From the NCBI GenBank assembly GCA_046318675.1, contig JBKCUA010000006.1, positions 30,060-94,059 on the forward strand: a DNA stretch of 64,000 bases, read 5' to 3'. A program made the position numbers and the translations under genes. Source of the stretch: Holosporales bacterium. Lineage in GTDB: Bacteria > Pseudomonadota > Alphaproteobacteria > JAJTHO01. Below are positions 41,075-50,941 of this stretch, one piece after another; the first letter of the stretch is position 1, and each line of letters opens with the position of its first letter. Below the pieces are notes generated by a model that worked only from the letters and a program-made list of their open reading frames with translations, was not told the DNA's origin and did no database searches.

Positions 41075-41761
41075 ATGCGGTGCTTGATTCACTCTTCCCC
41101 CTCCCCTAATGCTGATGCGCGGCGATTGCCTATCTCCATGCTGGTGCTGCACTATACCGGAATGCCCAGCGGCGTGGAAGCCCTTGCCCGCCTGAGGGAT
41201 CCAGCCAGTAAAGTCAGCGCCCATTACCTCATTGACGACGAAGGCACCATCCATGGATTAGTGGCCGAGGATCGCCGTGCCTGGCACGCTGGGGTTGGCT
41301 TCTGGAGGGGCGTCACCGACATTAACAGTGCCAGCATCGGCATTGAGCTGGTCAACCCCGGCCACACCTGGGGCTATCGCCCCTTCCCCTCCGGGCAAAT
41401 TGAGGCATTATTGGAACTGCTTCAAGACATCACCCAACGCCACACCATCCCCGCCCACCACATCATCGCCCACAGCGATCTTGCCCCCGCCCGCAAGCAA
41501 GACCCCGGGGAGCTGTTTCCTTGGAAGTACTTGGCAAACAAGGGCTTTGGCCTCTGGCCGGATGACAGAACCCCGCCCGGTGATCCCAATGCGTTGATCA
41601 GCCTCCTCCACGCCCTTGGCTACGATCCCGCCGCCGATCCCGATGCGGTGATCACGGCCTTCTGCCGCCACTTCGCCCCGGAGCAGTTGGCAATGCGGGA
41701 TAGGGAGATTTTAGCGGGACTGGCCGCCAGTCTAAGAAATATCTCGTCAAGCCCCCGTTGA
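41075..41761 (+). CDS. N-acetylmuramoyl-L-alanine amidase (Amidase_2, AmpD-like)
   Basis: Start trimmed to MRCLIHSSPSPN. LVLHYTGM, SAHYLID, AWHAGVGFWRG, IGIELVNPGH, HSDLAP. The start position is tentative. Confidence 0.78.
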   Translation: MRCLIHSSPSPNADARRLPISMLVLHYTGMPSGVEALARLRDPASKVSAHYLIDDEGTIHGLVAEDRRAWHAGVGFWRGVTDINSASIGIELVNPGHTWGYRPFPSGQIEALLELLQDITQRHTIPAHHIIAHSDLAPARKQDPGELFPWKYLANKGFGLWPDDRTPPGDPNALISLLHALGYDPAADPDAVITAFCRHFAPEQLAMRDREILAGLAASLRNISSSPR

Positions 41762-42711
41762 ATAATATTCCTTTCAACCCTATAACCAGCCTCATGATTG
41801 GAGTCGTGGCCGCAATTGGGAATTTTGACGGGTTGCACTGCGGCCATCGCCAGGTATTGGAGGTGACACGGCGGGAGGCTGAACGCCTGGGAGCCAAGCC
41901 CGCGGTCATTACTTTTAACCCCCACCCCCGGCGGTTTTTGTGCCCCGACTGCGCCCCGTTTCAGTTGTTTGATGAAATCGACAAGCGATTGTTCCTCAAA
42001 GAAGAAGGCATTGAAACCATCATCGTCCTGCCCTTCGGCAAGGCGTTGGCCAGCCTCACCCCGGAACAGTTTGTGGATCAAGTCCTCATTGCCGCCGCCA
42101 AGGCCAAAGGCGTGGTGGTAGGCTCAGATTTTGTCTTCGGGGCCGGGCGCAAGGGGCATGTTGAGCACCTCAAGGAATTCGGCGCGGCCAAGGGCTTTGC
42201 CGTCACCGTCCTGCCCGACTACCATGCCCCTTCCGGGGTACGCGCAGGCAGTTCCGCCGTACGGGTCGCCCTAAAAAAAGGCGACGTGGCCACCGCCGCC
42301 CAGATTCTCGGCCGCCCTTGGCGCATCAGCGGTATTGTCCAACACGGCGCAAACCAAGGGCACGCCCTAGGCTTTCCTACCCTCAATATACCTTTGGGGG
42401 AGTACCTTCGCCCGCATTTTGGCGTCTATGCGGTGCGGGTGCACACCCCAGGGGGGAATTTTCACGGCATTGCCAACATCGGCGTGCGCCCCACGGTCAA
42501 CCACAGCGACGAAGCGTTAGTTGAGGCACATCTTTTTGATTATAATGGCGATCTTTACGGCGTTCGGGTGTCGGTGGATATCCTGCGCCTTGTGCGGGAC
42601 GAACGCCGCTTTGAAGATATGCAGGCTCTGCAAACACAAATTGCCGCCGATGTTGCCTTTGTCCGGGGATTGTTTCAAGATGTCCCTTTGCCTGAGGCTG
42701 CCACCGGATGA
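41758..42711 (+). CDS. ribF: bifunctional riboflavin kinase / FAD synthetase
   Basis: GNFDGLHCGH, GSDFVFG, and the riboflavin kinase C-terminus GFPTLN...EAHLFDY. Confidence 0.93.
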   Translation: MNNIPFNPITSLMIGVVAAIGNFDGLHCGHRQVLEVTRREAERLGAKPAVITFNPHPRRFLCPDCAPFQLFDEIDKRLFLKEEGIETIIVLPFGKALASLTPEQFVDQVLIAAAKAKGVVVGSDFVFGAGRKGHVEHLKEFGAAKGFAVTVLPDYHAPSGVRAGSSAVRVALKKGDVATAAQILGRPWRISGIVQHGANQGHALGFPTLNIPLGEYLRPHFGVYAVRVHTPGGNFHGIANIGVRPTVNHSDEALVEAHLFDYNGDLYGVRVSVDILRLVRDERRFEDMQALQTQIAADVAFVRGLFQDVPLPEAATG

Positions 42712-45524
42712 CCAAAGACTACCCCGTTTTCCTACCCAAAACCGATTTTCCCATGCGCGGCGATCTGCCTAAGCGTGAGCCGGACATTGCCAAAAACTGG
42801 CAGAGTTTAAGTCAAAAAGATTTAGAAAATCAAAAAGATCAAGAATGTTTTATCCTCCACGATGGTCCCCCCTACGCCAACGGCGCCATTCACATTGGCC
42901 ATGCCCTTAACAAGATTCTCAAAGACGTTATCAACCGTACCCAGCGGATGTTGGGCAAGAAGGTGGTCTTTATCCCCGGCTGGGACTGCCACGGCCTGCC
43001 CATCGAATGGAAAATCGAGGAAGACTATCGCAAGGCCAAAAAAGCCAAGACTGACAATGTGCTGGCCTTTCGCGAAGAGTGCCGCCGCTACGCCGCCGAA
43101 TGGATTGAGAAGCAAAAGGAAGATTTTAAGCGCCTCGGCATTGATGCCCTCTGGGACAAGCCTTACGTCACCATGGATAAGCATATCGAGGCTCAAATTG
43201 CCGGCGAAATCCTCACGGTTTATGAAAAAGGCCTACTGTACCCCGGGTTTCGCCCCATCTTATGGTCGGTGATTGAGCAAACCGCCCTAGCCGAGGCCGA
43301 GGTGGAATACCACCCCCACACCTCCACCGCTGTGTACGTTGCTTTCCCCGTTATTCATAGTCCTCTGGCGGCACTGGCCAATGCCGAGGTAGTTATCTGG
43401 ACCACCACGCCGTGGACGTTGCCCGCCAACGCTGCCCTTGCCGCCAACCCGGCGCTGGACTATGTGCTGGTGGAGGCTGAGGGTCGCCGCTTGATACTGG
43501 CCGAGGCACTGGCGGAAAAAACCCTCGCCGTTCTTGGCCTGCAAGGAACACTTAAAGAACGCTTTCCTGGCACGGCCTTGGCGGGTCTTGTGGCCGCCCA
43601 TCCTCTGGCAGCGCAAGGATATACTGGCCAGAGGCCGTTGATCCTCGCCGATTTTGTCACCGCTGATACCGGCACCGGCTTTGTCCATATTGCCCCCGCC
43701 CACGGCGAGGACGATTTTGCTTGCTTTCCCAAAGGACAGGATTTCCCCCAAGTGGTGCGGGGTGATGGCACCTATACCGCCACCACGCCCCTGTTTGCCG
43801 GCCAGCATATTTTTAAGGTCAAGACAGCTATTTTGGAGGCTCTGGGGGCTGCGGGTGCTCTGCTCCATGCTGCCGATTTTGAGCATTCCTACCCCCATTC
43901 CTGGCGATCCAAAGCACCGCTGATTTACCTCGCCACGCCGCAATGGTTCATCAACCTTAACACCGGCGTCCGGCAAGAGGCACTGGACGCCTGCGAGCAG
44001 GTTAAATTTTTCCCCGAAGAAGGCAAAAAACGCCTCACCTCCACCATTGCCGCCCGGCCAGACTGGTGCGTCTCCCGCCAGCGGACTTGGGGCGTACCCA
44101 TCCCATTGTTTGTCCATCGTGATACGGGGGAACCGCTGCTGCCCATCACAGAGTCGCTGAGAAAAAAGCTGAGAGAACAGATTCTGGATTCTTTTCACAA
44201 TGAGGGTGCCGACGCGTGGTGGACAAAGGATGTCCATTTTTACCTGAACGAGATCGTCAATAATCCCGCCGACTATCAAAAAGTCACCGATATTCTCGAT
44301 GTCTGGTTCGATAGTGGTGCCAGCCACAGTTACGTGTTCCCCGATAAAAAGGACAGCGACTATCCCGTTGCCGATCTCTACCTTGAAGGCTCGGATCAGC
44401 ATCGCGGCTGGTTTCAAGCCTCCCTTCTCGAATCCGTCGCCACGAGAGAAAAAGCGCCCTTCCGGCAAGTCCTCACCCACGGTTTTGTCCTTGATGAAGC
44501 CGGGCGGAAGATGTCCAAGTCCTTGGGCAACGTTATCTCGCCCCAAGAAGTGGTGGACAAATACGGCGCGGATGTCCTGCGCCTGTGGGTCATCACCCAA
44601 GACTATGAAAACGATCTGCGCATCGGCAAAGGCATCTTAGAGCAAACCGCCGAAAAATACCGCCAGTTCCGCAATACCCTGCGCTATCTTTTAGGTGCCA
44701 CGGCAGGGTATGATGCGGAAAAAGAAGCGATTAAGGATGGAGAACAGATTCCCGACCTTGAACAATATGTTGACCTGCAACTGGACACCCTAAAACAATC
44801 CGCCCAACGCCTAGGCATTACTTATGACTTCCGCAGATTTTATAACGATCTTCACGCGTTTTGCGTGGATGATTTATCTGCGTTTTATCTCGATATCCGC
44901 AAAGACGCCCTGTACTGCGATGCCCCGGACTCGCTGCGCCGCCGGGCGTGCCGGGGGTTATTGGTAGAGCTGCTGCATTGCCTCAATACCTTACTCGCAC
45001 CCATATTACCGTTTACCGCAGAAGAAGCATGGGTAGCACGGGGAAAAGACGGCTCTATTCATCAGCAATTCTTCCAAGATCCAAGCCATAGAAGTTATTC
45101 AAAAGGATTTTTTGGTGCGGATATTAAAGATCTCAGCAAGGATTCTTTCTATGCCTTCCGTCGGGGAGGCACACTGCGAACTATCCGCCGCGTTGTTCTT
45201 GGCGCACTCGAGAAAGCCCGCGCCGCCAAGGAAATAGGCTCCAGCCTGCAGGCCGCCATCACGCTGTATATGCCACAGAATCCAGCCCCTACCGCTAACT
45301 GGGCCGAGATATGCATCGTCTCCAAGGCAGAAGTAACAACAGATATCCCCCCTGCTGACGCCTTCCGCCTCGCCGACGTGCCCGACGTGGCCGTGGTGGT
45401 CACCCGGGCCGAAGGCGAGAAATGCCCCCGCTGCTGGCAGGTCGGGGCGGCCGGCATGGGCAGCGATGCCAACCATCCCGAACTGTGTGGCCGCTGCGCC
45501 GAGGCGGTAAAAGAATATGCGTAA
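42708..45524 (+). CDS. ileS: isoleucine--tRNA ligase
   Basis: HIGH (PYANGAIHIGHAL) and KMSKS motifs. C-terminal Zn finger CPRCW...CGRC. 938 aa. Confidence 0.97.
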   Translation: MTKDYPVFLPKTDFPMRGDLPKREPDIAKNWQSLSQKDLENQKDQECFILHDGPPYANGAIHIGHALNKILKDVINRTQRMLGKKVVFIPGWDCHGLPIEWKIEEDYRKAKKAKTDNVLAFREECRRYAAEWIEKQKEDFKRLGIDALWDKPYVTMDKHIEAQIAGEILTVYEKGLLYPGFRPILWSVIEQTALAEAEVEYHPHTSTAVYVAFPVIHSPLAALANAEVVIWTTTPWTLPANAALAANPALDYVLVEAEGRRLILAEALAEKTLAVLGLQGTLKERFPGTALAGLVAAHPLAAQGYTGQRPLILADFVTADTGTGFVHIAPAHGEDDFACFPKGQDFPQVVRGDGTYTATTPLFAGQHIFKVKTAILEALGAAGALLHAADFEHSYPHSWRSKAPLIYLATPQWFINLNTGVRQEALDACEQVKFFPEEGKKRLTSTIAARPDWCVSRQRTWGVPIPLFVHRDTGEPLLPITESLRKKLREQILDSFHNEGADAWWTKDVHFYLNEIVNNPADYQKVTDILDVWFDSGASHSYVFPDKKDSDYPVADLYLEGSDQHRGWFQASLLESVATREKAPFRQVLTHGFVLDEAGRKMSKSLGNVISPQEVVDKYGADVLRLWVITQDYENDLRIGKGILEQTAEKYRQFRNTLRYLLGATAGYDAEKEAIKDGEQIPDLEQYVDLQLDTLKQSAQRLGITYDFRRFYNDLHAFCVDDLSAFYLDIRKDALYCDAPDSLRRRACRGLLVELLHCLNTLLAPILPFTAEEAWVARGKDGSIHQQFFQDPSHRSYSKGFFGADIKDLSKDSFYAFRRGGTLRTIRRVVLGALEKARAAKEIGSSLQAAITLYMPQNPAPTANWAEICIVSKAEVTTDIPPADAFRLADVPDVAVVVTRAEGEKCPRCWQVGAAGMGSDANHPELCGRCAEAVKEYA

Positions 45525-46002
45525 ACACCGCGCCCTGACCCTGGGGTTTATTGTCGCCCTGATCATCCTCGCGGCGGATCAGGCCAGCAAAGCCTTTCTC
45601 CTACCCCTGCTAACCGAACCGTGGCGGCAAATTCCCCTCACCTCGTTTTTCAACCTCACCCCGGTATGGAACCACGGGGTGAGTTTTGGCCTGTTCAAGG
45701 CCGATAGTGCCGCCCATGTCTGGGCTCTGATTGGCGTGGCCTTGGCGTTGGTTGGCGTGGTGACGTGGTGGCTGTTAAAGGCGACCGATCGCCTGCATGT
45801 TGTCTGTTACGGGGCGATTATCGGCGGCGCACTGGGCAATATTATTGATCGGCTTCGGTTTGGTGCTGTCTTTGATTTTCTTGATTTTTACATAGGAAAT
45901 TGGCATTACCCCGCCTTCAATGTTGCCGATAGTGCTATTGTGTGCGGGGTTATTGGCTTGTTGTTCTTGACGCTGCGAACACCATCTGGTCATAAGAAGT
46001 AA
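45517..46002 (+). CDS. lspA: lipoprotein signal peptidase (signal peptidase II)
   Basis: 161 aa, four TM helices, NHGVSFG and FNVADSAI motifs. Confidence 0.93.
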   Translation: MRKHRALTLGFIVALIILAADQASKAFLLPLLTEPWRQIPLTSFFNLTPVWNHGVSFGLFKADSAAHVWALIGVALALVGVVTWWLLKATDRLHVVCYGAIIGGALGNIIDRLRFGAVFDFLDFYIGNWHYPAFNVADSAIVCGVIGLLFLTLRTPSGHKK

Positions 46003-46013
46003 GGGAGAATATC

Positions 46014-46565
46014 ATGCGGCGGTTAATGATTTCAGGAATGCTCTTGGCTCTCACCGGGTGCGGCGGCGATGTCCGCCAGGCCTTAGGCATCGATCGCACC
46101 GCCCCCGATGAATTTCAGGTCGTGACCCGCGCGCCGCTCAGCGTCCCGCCCACCTATGACCTTCGCCCGCCCCGCCCCGGCGCGCCGCGGCCGCAAGAGG
46201 CCACTGCCAGCTCCACCGCAGAAGCGGCTCTTTTCGGTATAACCGGGGCACCGATTGCCTCTGCATCAAGTGGCTCCTTAGCAGAAAATATGCTATTGCA
46301 GAAAACCAATGCCGCCGCGGCCTCACCCAGTATCCGCGCCCAGCTCGACGCGGAAAATGAAGCCCGCCGCAAAGCCGCCGCACAACCTATTGATACCATT
46401 CTCCCATCTTCAGACAAAACCGGAGAACGCCTTATCGATCCCGATGCCGAAGCCAAACGTGTCCGTACTGCTAAAGATAAGAAAGAAAAGATTACAGGCA
46501 CCGATGCCGCCACAACAGAACCCGAGCAACCCAACTTATGGCAGCGTATCGGTGATCTTTTTTAA
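46014..46565 (+). CDS. DUF3035 (BamF-like) lipoprotein
   Basis: Lipobox LALTGCG, then RTAPDEFQVVTRAPLSVPPTYDLRPPRPGAPRPQE, typical of the family. Confidence 0.78.
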   Translation: MRRLMISGMLLALTGCGGDVRQALGIDRTAPDEFQVVTRAPLSVPPTYDLRPPRPGAPRPQEATASSTAEAALFGITGAPIASASSGSLAENMLLQKTNAAAASPSIRAQLDAENEARRKAAAQPIDTILPSSDKTGERLIDPDAEAKRVRTAKDKKEKITGTDAATTEPEQPNLWQRIGDLF

Positions 46566-46612
46566 GTGTTTCCTTTGACCTGATGAATGAGTTAGGCTAG
46601 ACAATCCTCCGG

Positions 46613-46689
46613 CGGGGTGTAGCGCAGCCTGGTAGCGCGCCAGTTTTGGGTACTGGATGTCGGGGGTTCGAATCCCTCCACCCCGACCA
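46613..46689 (+). tRNA. tRNA-Pro (anticodon UGG)
   Basis: Manual cloverleaf. Acceptor CGGGGTG/CACCCCG, D arm GCGC..GCGC, anticodon stem CCAGT/ACTGG with loop TT-TGG-GT, T arm GGGGG-TTCGAAT-CCCTC, encoded CCA. Confidence 0.93.
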
Positions 46690-46707
46690 CGTTTGGGAGA
46701 ATACGCC

Positions 46708-47001
46708 ATGCAGGTTCGCATTTACCAACCCGCTAAAACCGCGATGCAATCCGGCCTTGCCAAAACAAAACAATGGCTTCTGGAAACAGTCCCCGCCGTG
46801 CGGCAAGAACCCGATCCCCTCATGGGCTGGAACGGCGGCACCCCCACCACGATGCAAGTGCGCCTGAGCTTCCCAAGCCAAGAGGAGGCCATTGCCTACG
46901 CGACAAAACACGACCTAGACTACACCGTGCAAACGCCCCATGCCAAGGCACTAAAACCCAAAAGCTACGCCGATAATTTTGCTTTTAAAGCAAATCTTTA
47001 G
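46708..47001 (+). CDS. NDUFS4-like ETC complex I subunit conserved-region protein
   Basis: Start trimmed to MQVRIYQPAKTAMQSG so the CDS no longer overlaps the tRNA. PLMGW...F.S.EEAIAYA pattern. Confidence 0.8.
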   Translation: MQVRIYQPAKTAMQSGLAKTKQWLLETVPAVRQEPDPLMGWNGGTPTTMQVRLSFPSQEEAIAYATKHDLDYTVQTPHAKALKPKSYADNFAFKANL

Positions 47002-48964
47002 CTTTAGCCGCCACCGCCGCTGAGGTAAAACCAAACTGGCGGAACAGCTCATCCCCCGGCGCGCTGGCACCAAAGCTCTGCATCGTTACCGTTGCCATCG
47101 ATCCGCGAATAAGGTCACCCCAACCAAAGGTACTGGCCGCCTCAATCACCACCGTAGGCCTTGTTGCCGGCAAAACAGCGGCACGATAGGCCGCTGGCTG
47201 CTCCAAAAATAGTTCCCGCGACGGCATGGAGACAACACTAGCACTAATATCATCTTGCGCCAGCATATCCTGTGCGGCAATGGCAAGTGCCACTTCCGAG
47301 CCCGTCGCCGCCAAGGTAACCTTGGCATTGACAGCCTCTCGCAACACATACGCGCCTAAAGCACTACGGTTTTGGACGTCGCTATCATTGCGCAGCGTTG
47401 GCAACGCCTGCCGGGTTAATGCCAACACCGAGGGGTGGCGAGTATCGCTCAGTGCTAAAGCCCAGCATTCCGCCGTCTCCACGGCATCCGCCGGGCGAAA
47501 CACCCGAAGGCCGGGGACGGAGCGCAGCATGGGCAGATGCTCAATAGGCTGGTGCGTCGGGCCGTCTTCACCCACACCAATAGAATCGTGGGTAAGAACA
47601 TAAATCACCCGTTGGCGCATCAATGCCGACAAGCGCAACGCAGGCTTCAAATAATCAGCAAAAACCAAAAACGTGCCGCCAAAGGGAATCAGGCCGCCAT
47701 GCACGGCAACACCATTCATAATCGCCGCCATGGCGTGCTCACGAACACCATAATGCAGGTAATTGCCACGATAATCACTGGCATTAAAAATATTGGTAGC
47801 CTTCGCTTTAGTATTGTTTGAACCCGACAAATCCGCCGATCCCCCCAAAACTTCCGGCAAATGGGGCACCACGGCATCCAACACCTCCCCCGAGGCCTGA
47901 CGACTGGCAATATTAGGTTGATTGTTCAAAAACTGTGTCTTGATATTGGATAAGGCTTGTAGCGCACCTTCGGGCAATTCCCCCGCCAAGCGACGAGTAA
48001 AAGCCATTTGAATATCCGCCGGAGCGGCTTCAAAACGTTGCTTCCATGCCGCGAATGTCTTTTCATGCCGCCGTCCTGCCTCCCGCCAAGCAGCAATCAG
48101 AGAGACTGGAATCTCAAAGGCTGGGTATGGCCAATGCAGCGCAGTCTTAGCAGCAGCAAGCTCTTCGGAACCCAAGGGCGAGCCATGAATCCCAGCTGTT
48201 CCTGCCTTTTTCGGGGCACCAAAACCAATGATGGTACGACAGGCAATAAGACTAGGCTTATCAAAAGACTGCTGTGCCCACGTCAATGCTTCGGCTAATG
48301 CCGCCATATCATGACCATCCACCACACGGGTACGCCAACCAGCTGCAGCAAACCGCTCTATCTGATTTTCCGAGGTAGATAATGATACTCTACCATCAAT
48401 GGAAATCCCATTATCGTCCCACAAGACCGTGAGTTTGCCCAACTTCAGATGTCCCGCCAGAGCCGCAGCCTCATAGGAGATTCCCTCCATAAGACAACCA
48501 TCCCCCGCCAAGACCCAAGTACGATGATCCACCAAGTCATCACCAAATTCGGCATTGAGCCGCCGCTCCGCAATCGCCATCCCCACAGCATTGGCAAACC
48601 CCTGCCCCAACGGACCAGTGGTTGTCTCAACACCTATCTCAGGATGATGCTCTGGGTGACCTGGGGTAATACTTCCCCACTGGCGAAAATTCTTAACCTG
48701 AGCTAACGACATTTCGTCATAACCCAACAAATAAGCAACGCTGTACAACAACATTGACCCATGCCCGGCGGACAGCACAACCCGATCCCGATCCGGCCAT
48801 AGCGGCTGGTTAGCTAGAAGTTTTGCTGCCTGAGCAAACAGCACGGCCGCAATCTCCGCGCAGCCCATGGGCATACCGGGATGCCCGGAACGAGCCGCTT
48901 CCACAGCATCGGCGGCTAAAAAACGTACAGCATTAGAAAAATCAGTAATAACGGGAGCAGACAT
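46985..48964 (-). CDS. tkt: transketolase
   Basis: Start trimmed to MSAPVITDFSNAVRFLAADAVE. SGHPGMPMG and GDGCLMEGISYEA thiamine-diphosphate motifs. Confidence 0.95.
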   Translation of the reverse strand: MSAPVITDFSNAVRFLAADAVEAARSGHPGMPMGCAEIAAVLFAQAAKLLANQPLWPDRDRVVLSAGHGSMLLYSVAYLLGYDEMSLAQVKNFRQWGSITPGHPEHHPEIGVETTTGPLGQGFANAVGMAIAERRLNAEFGDDLVDHRTWVLAGDGCLMEGISYEAAALAGHLKLGKLTVLWDDNGISIDGRVSLSTSENQIERFAAAGWRTRVVDGHDMAALAEALTWAQQSFDKPSLIACRTIIGFGAPKKAGTAGIHGSPLGSEELAAAKTALHWPYPAFEIPVSLIAAWREAGRRHEKTFAAWKQRFEAAPADIQMAFTRRLAGELPEGALQALSNIKTQFLNNQPNIASRQASGEVLDAVVPHLPEVLGGSADLSGSNNTKAKATNIFNASDYRGNYLHYGVREHAMAAIMNGVAVHGGLIPFGGTFLVFADYLKPALRLSALMRQRVIYVLTHDSIGVGEDGPTHQPIEHLPMLRSVPGLRVFRPADAVETAECWALALSDTRHPSVLALTRQALPTLRNDSDVQNRSALGAYVLREAVNAKVTLAATGSEVALAIAAQDMLAQDDISASVVSMPSRELFLEQPAAYRAAVLPATRPTVVIEAASTFGWGDLIRGSMATVTMQSFGASAPGDELFRQFGFTSAAVAAKAKDLL

Positions 48965-49059
48965 AACCCCGGATGTAGCAAGCCCGGCTGAAAAAAAAAA
49001 CCAAAAACACGCCAAAAACGCGATTGACGCTACTAATAAGCTGGCCTAGCGTAAAATTC

Positions 49060-49317
49060 ATGGCGGGAAATAACCTTCTACAATCCTTAACCCAGGCCTT
49101 AGATGCCTTGGAAGATGCTTTTTTTAGCCTTGAGCGTGCCTTGGCCAGCCGCCTGCAGGCAGAGGGGCATCGCTACGATCTGCTGGTCGAGGAATACCAA
49201 GAAGTACAACGGGATTATCTGGCCCTACAAGACGCAACCCTCTCGCTTTCCGAACGCCTTGAAGCTGCCATTGCCGATGTTGATCGTCATATCGAGGTTG
49301 CCCGTGCCGCCGCTTGA
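49060..49317 (+). CDS. DUF4164-like coiled-coil protein preceding zapA
   Basis: 85-aa helical protein. Lies immediately upstream of zapA and overlaps it. Confidence 0.5.
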   Translation: MAGNNLLQSLTQALDALEDAFFSLERALASRLQAEGHRYDLLVEEYQEVQRDYLALQDATLSLSERLEAAIADVDRHIEVARAAA

Positions 49318-49642
49318 TATTGCCATCAATGGTCGCCCCTACACCGTAGCGTGTGAACAGGGGCAGGAAGAACGTCTGCACCATATTTCTGGCGAACTCT
49401 CCGTCCGCGCTAAACAGATTAGCGATGCCTTGGGCGCGCTGCCGGACAGTAAGCTTTTTTTGCTATTAAGCCTTATGCTGATGGATGAGCATCTTGATGA
49501 GAAACAGCGTCTTGCCGAACGTGTCCAGCGCCGCCGCGAAGCCGTTGAGGCAACCTTAGCGGAAGATATCCGCACCGTCAGCAACCGGATTATCACCCTC
49601 GCCGGGCGGGTAAAGAGCTTAGCGGAACGAGTAGCGGCGTAA
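49304..49642 (+). CDS. zapA: cell division protein ZapA
   Basis: GTG start. VPPLDIAINGRPYTVACEQGQEERLHHISGEL followed by a coiled coil. Confidence 0.8.
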   Translation: MPPLDIAINGRPYTVACEQGQEERLHHISGELSVRAKQISDALGALPDSKLFLLLSLMLMDEHLDEKQRLAERVQRRREAVEATLAEDIRTVSNRIITLAGRVKSLAERVAA

Positions 49643-49691
49643 GGCGTTTACCGGTGCACCTGAGAATGGCAGCCCGCATTTTTTCAAAAAA

Positions 49692-50228
49692 TCAATTTGT
49701 ATTAATGATAAAATCTTGTTTTTTATCACAATAATTAAATAGCATTGTATGAGGATAGTCATTTGCAGCAGTCTCAAGCACTTTAATTACCTCTGAAACA
49801 GGTATACGATACACGTATTTTTGACGCTCATAATCAGAACACACCTTCACTCCATCCCAGTTTCGATTTTTGTCACGATATGCATACATTACTCCACTAT
49901 GTATCAATTGATTACAAACGAATATAGTATTTTGCGCGACCATCTCTTCTCTTTTAAAATCGTATAGAGCATCAATTGAGCATCGATTCAGATTACTGAC
50001 TTTTCCGATGCAGGGGCTTCTAAATATTTGCAAACTCAGCTTTATAGTATTTGATGACAACTTGTATCTTTCTGCAAGCCAACGAACCATAAACATACTA
50101 ATAACTATATCTTTTTCGAAGTTTATTTCACTTCGCTCACTCCACCGTGGCGGCTTGGTTTTATGTTTAAATTTCTTTGCGTACTGAGCAAGAGTCTCTT
50201 TCCAATAACATGACTCAACATGTATCAT
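49692..50228 (-). CDS. hypothetical 178-aa protein in an AT-rich segment
   Basis: Long ORF in a clearly AT-rich stretch. Its ATG overlaps the stop of the upstream nucleotidase gene (ATGA). No recognisable family. Confidence 0.45.
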   Translation of the reverse strand: MIHVESCYWKETLAQYAKKFKHKTKPPRWSERSEINFEKDIVISMFMVRWLAERYKLSSNTIKLSLQIFRSPCIGKVSNLNRCSIDALYDFKREEMVAQNTIFVCNQLIHSGVMYAYRDKNRNWDGVKVCSDYERQKYVYRIPVSEVIKVLETAANDYPHTMLFNYCDKKQDFIINTN

Positions 50229-50905
50229 ATATAATCATTTTTTCTAAAAAGTTTAAAATTTCTCTCCTCCAACCACACCCCCGGACACGCCGCCACGTGG
50301 TGAATATAGTGTTTATTAACAAAATCTTCGCCATTTCCATCGGGCGTAATCAGCACCGTCTGCATCCCCAAAGCATGAGCCGGGGCAAGGTTTTGCGGCA
50401 AATCCTCAAACATCACCGCCTTGGTAGGATTCACCCGGCACGCGGCCAGCATCGCCTGATAGGTCTGGATATCCGGCTTGGGGCGATACCCTGCCTGATG
50501 AATATCAAAGATTGCATCCATATGATCAATCAAGTTCAGTGCCTTTAAAATATTTTCCGCATGCCGCCGCGAACCATTGGTAAAAACCACCCGTCGCCCG
50601 GTAAAGTTTGCCAAGTACCGGCGCAATACCGGGTTATCGGGAATACTACCTGTATCAACATCATGAACATAATCCATAAAATGGTGCGGATCAACGCGGT
50701 GGTTACGCATTAACCCGATCAGGGTCGTCCCATAGTCCAAAAAATACTGTTTTTGCAAAGCAAACGCCGCCGCCCGTTCCAACTTCAGCAACGCCTGAAC
50801 ATACGCCGTCATCCGCTCTTCTACCGCGGCAAAAAAAGAACAACTAGCTGGATACAATGTGTTATCCAAATCAAAAACCAACGCGCTGGGCAGAAAATTT
50901 GTCAT
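50225..50905 (-). CDS. HAD-superfamily pyrimidine 5'-nucleotidase-like hydrolase
   Basis: FDLDNTLY (DxDxT), VFTNG, FEDLPQNL. Confidence 0.8.
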   Translation of the reverse strand: MTNFLPSALVFDLDNTLYPASCSFFAAVEERMTAYVQALLKLERAAAFALQKQYFLDYGTTLIGLMRNHRVDPHHFMDYVHDVDTGSIPDNPVLRRYLANFTGRRVVFTNGSRRHAENILKALNLIDHMDAIFDIHQAGYRPKPDIQTYQAMLAACRVNPTKAVMFEDLPQNLAPAHALGMQTVLITPDGNGEDFVNKHYIHHVAACPGVWLEERNFKLFRKNDYI

Positions 50906-50941
50906 TTATTAAACCTATAAGACCATAATGGCTAGCAGTCT

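Noticed and set aside
43287-44600. 437-aa minus-strand ORF
   Set aside because: It lies antisense within ileS and its composition is typical of reverse-frame translation of a GC-rich gene.
49643-49691. Expected 6S RNA (ssrS) downstream of zapA
   Set aside because: Only 49 nt are available before the next ORF, with no long bulged-helix potential. This cannot be a ~180-nt 6S RNA.
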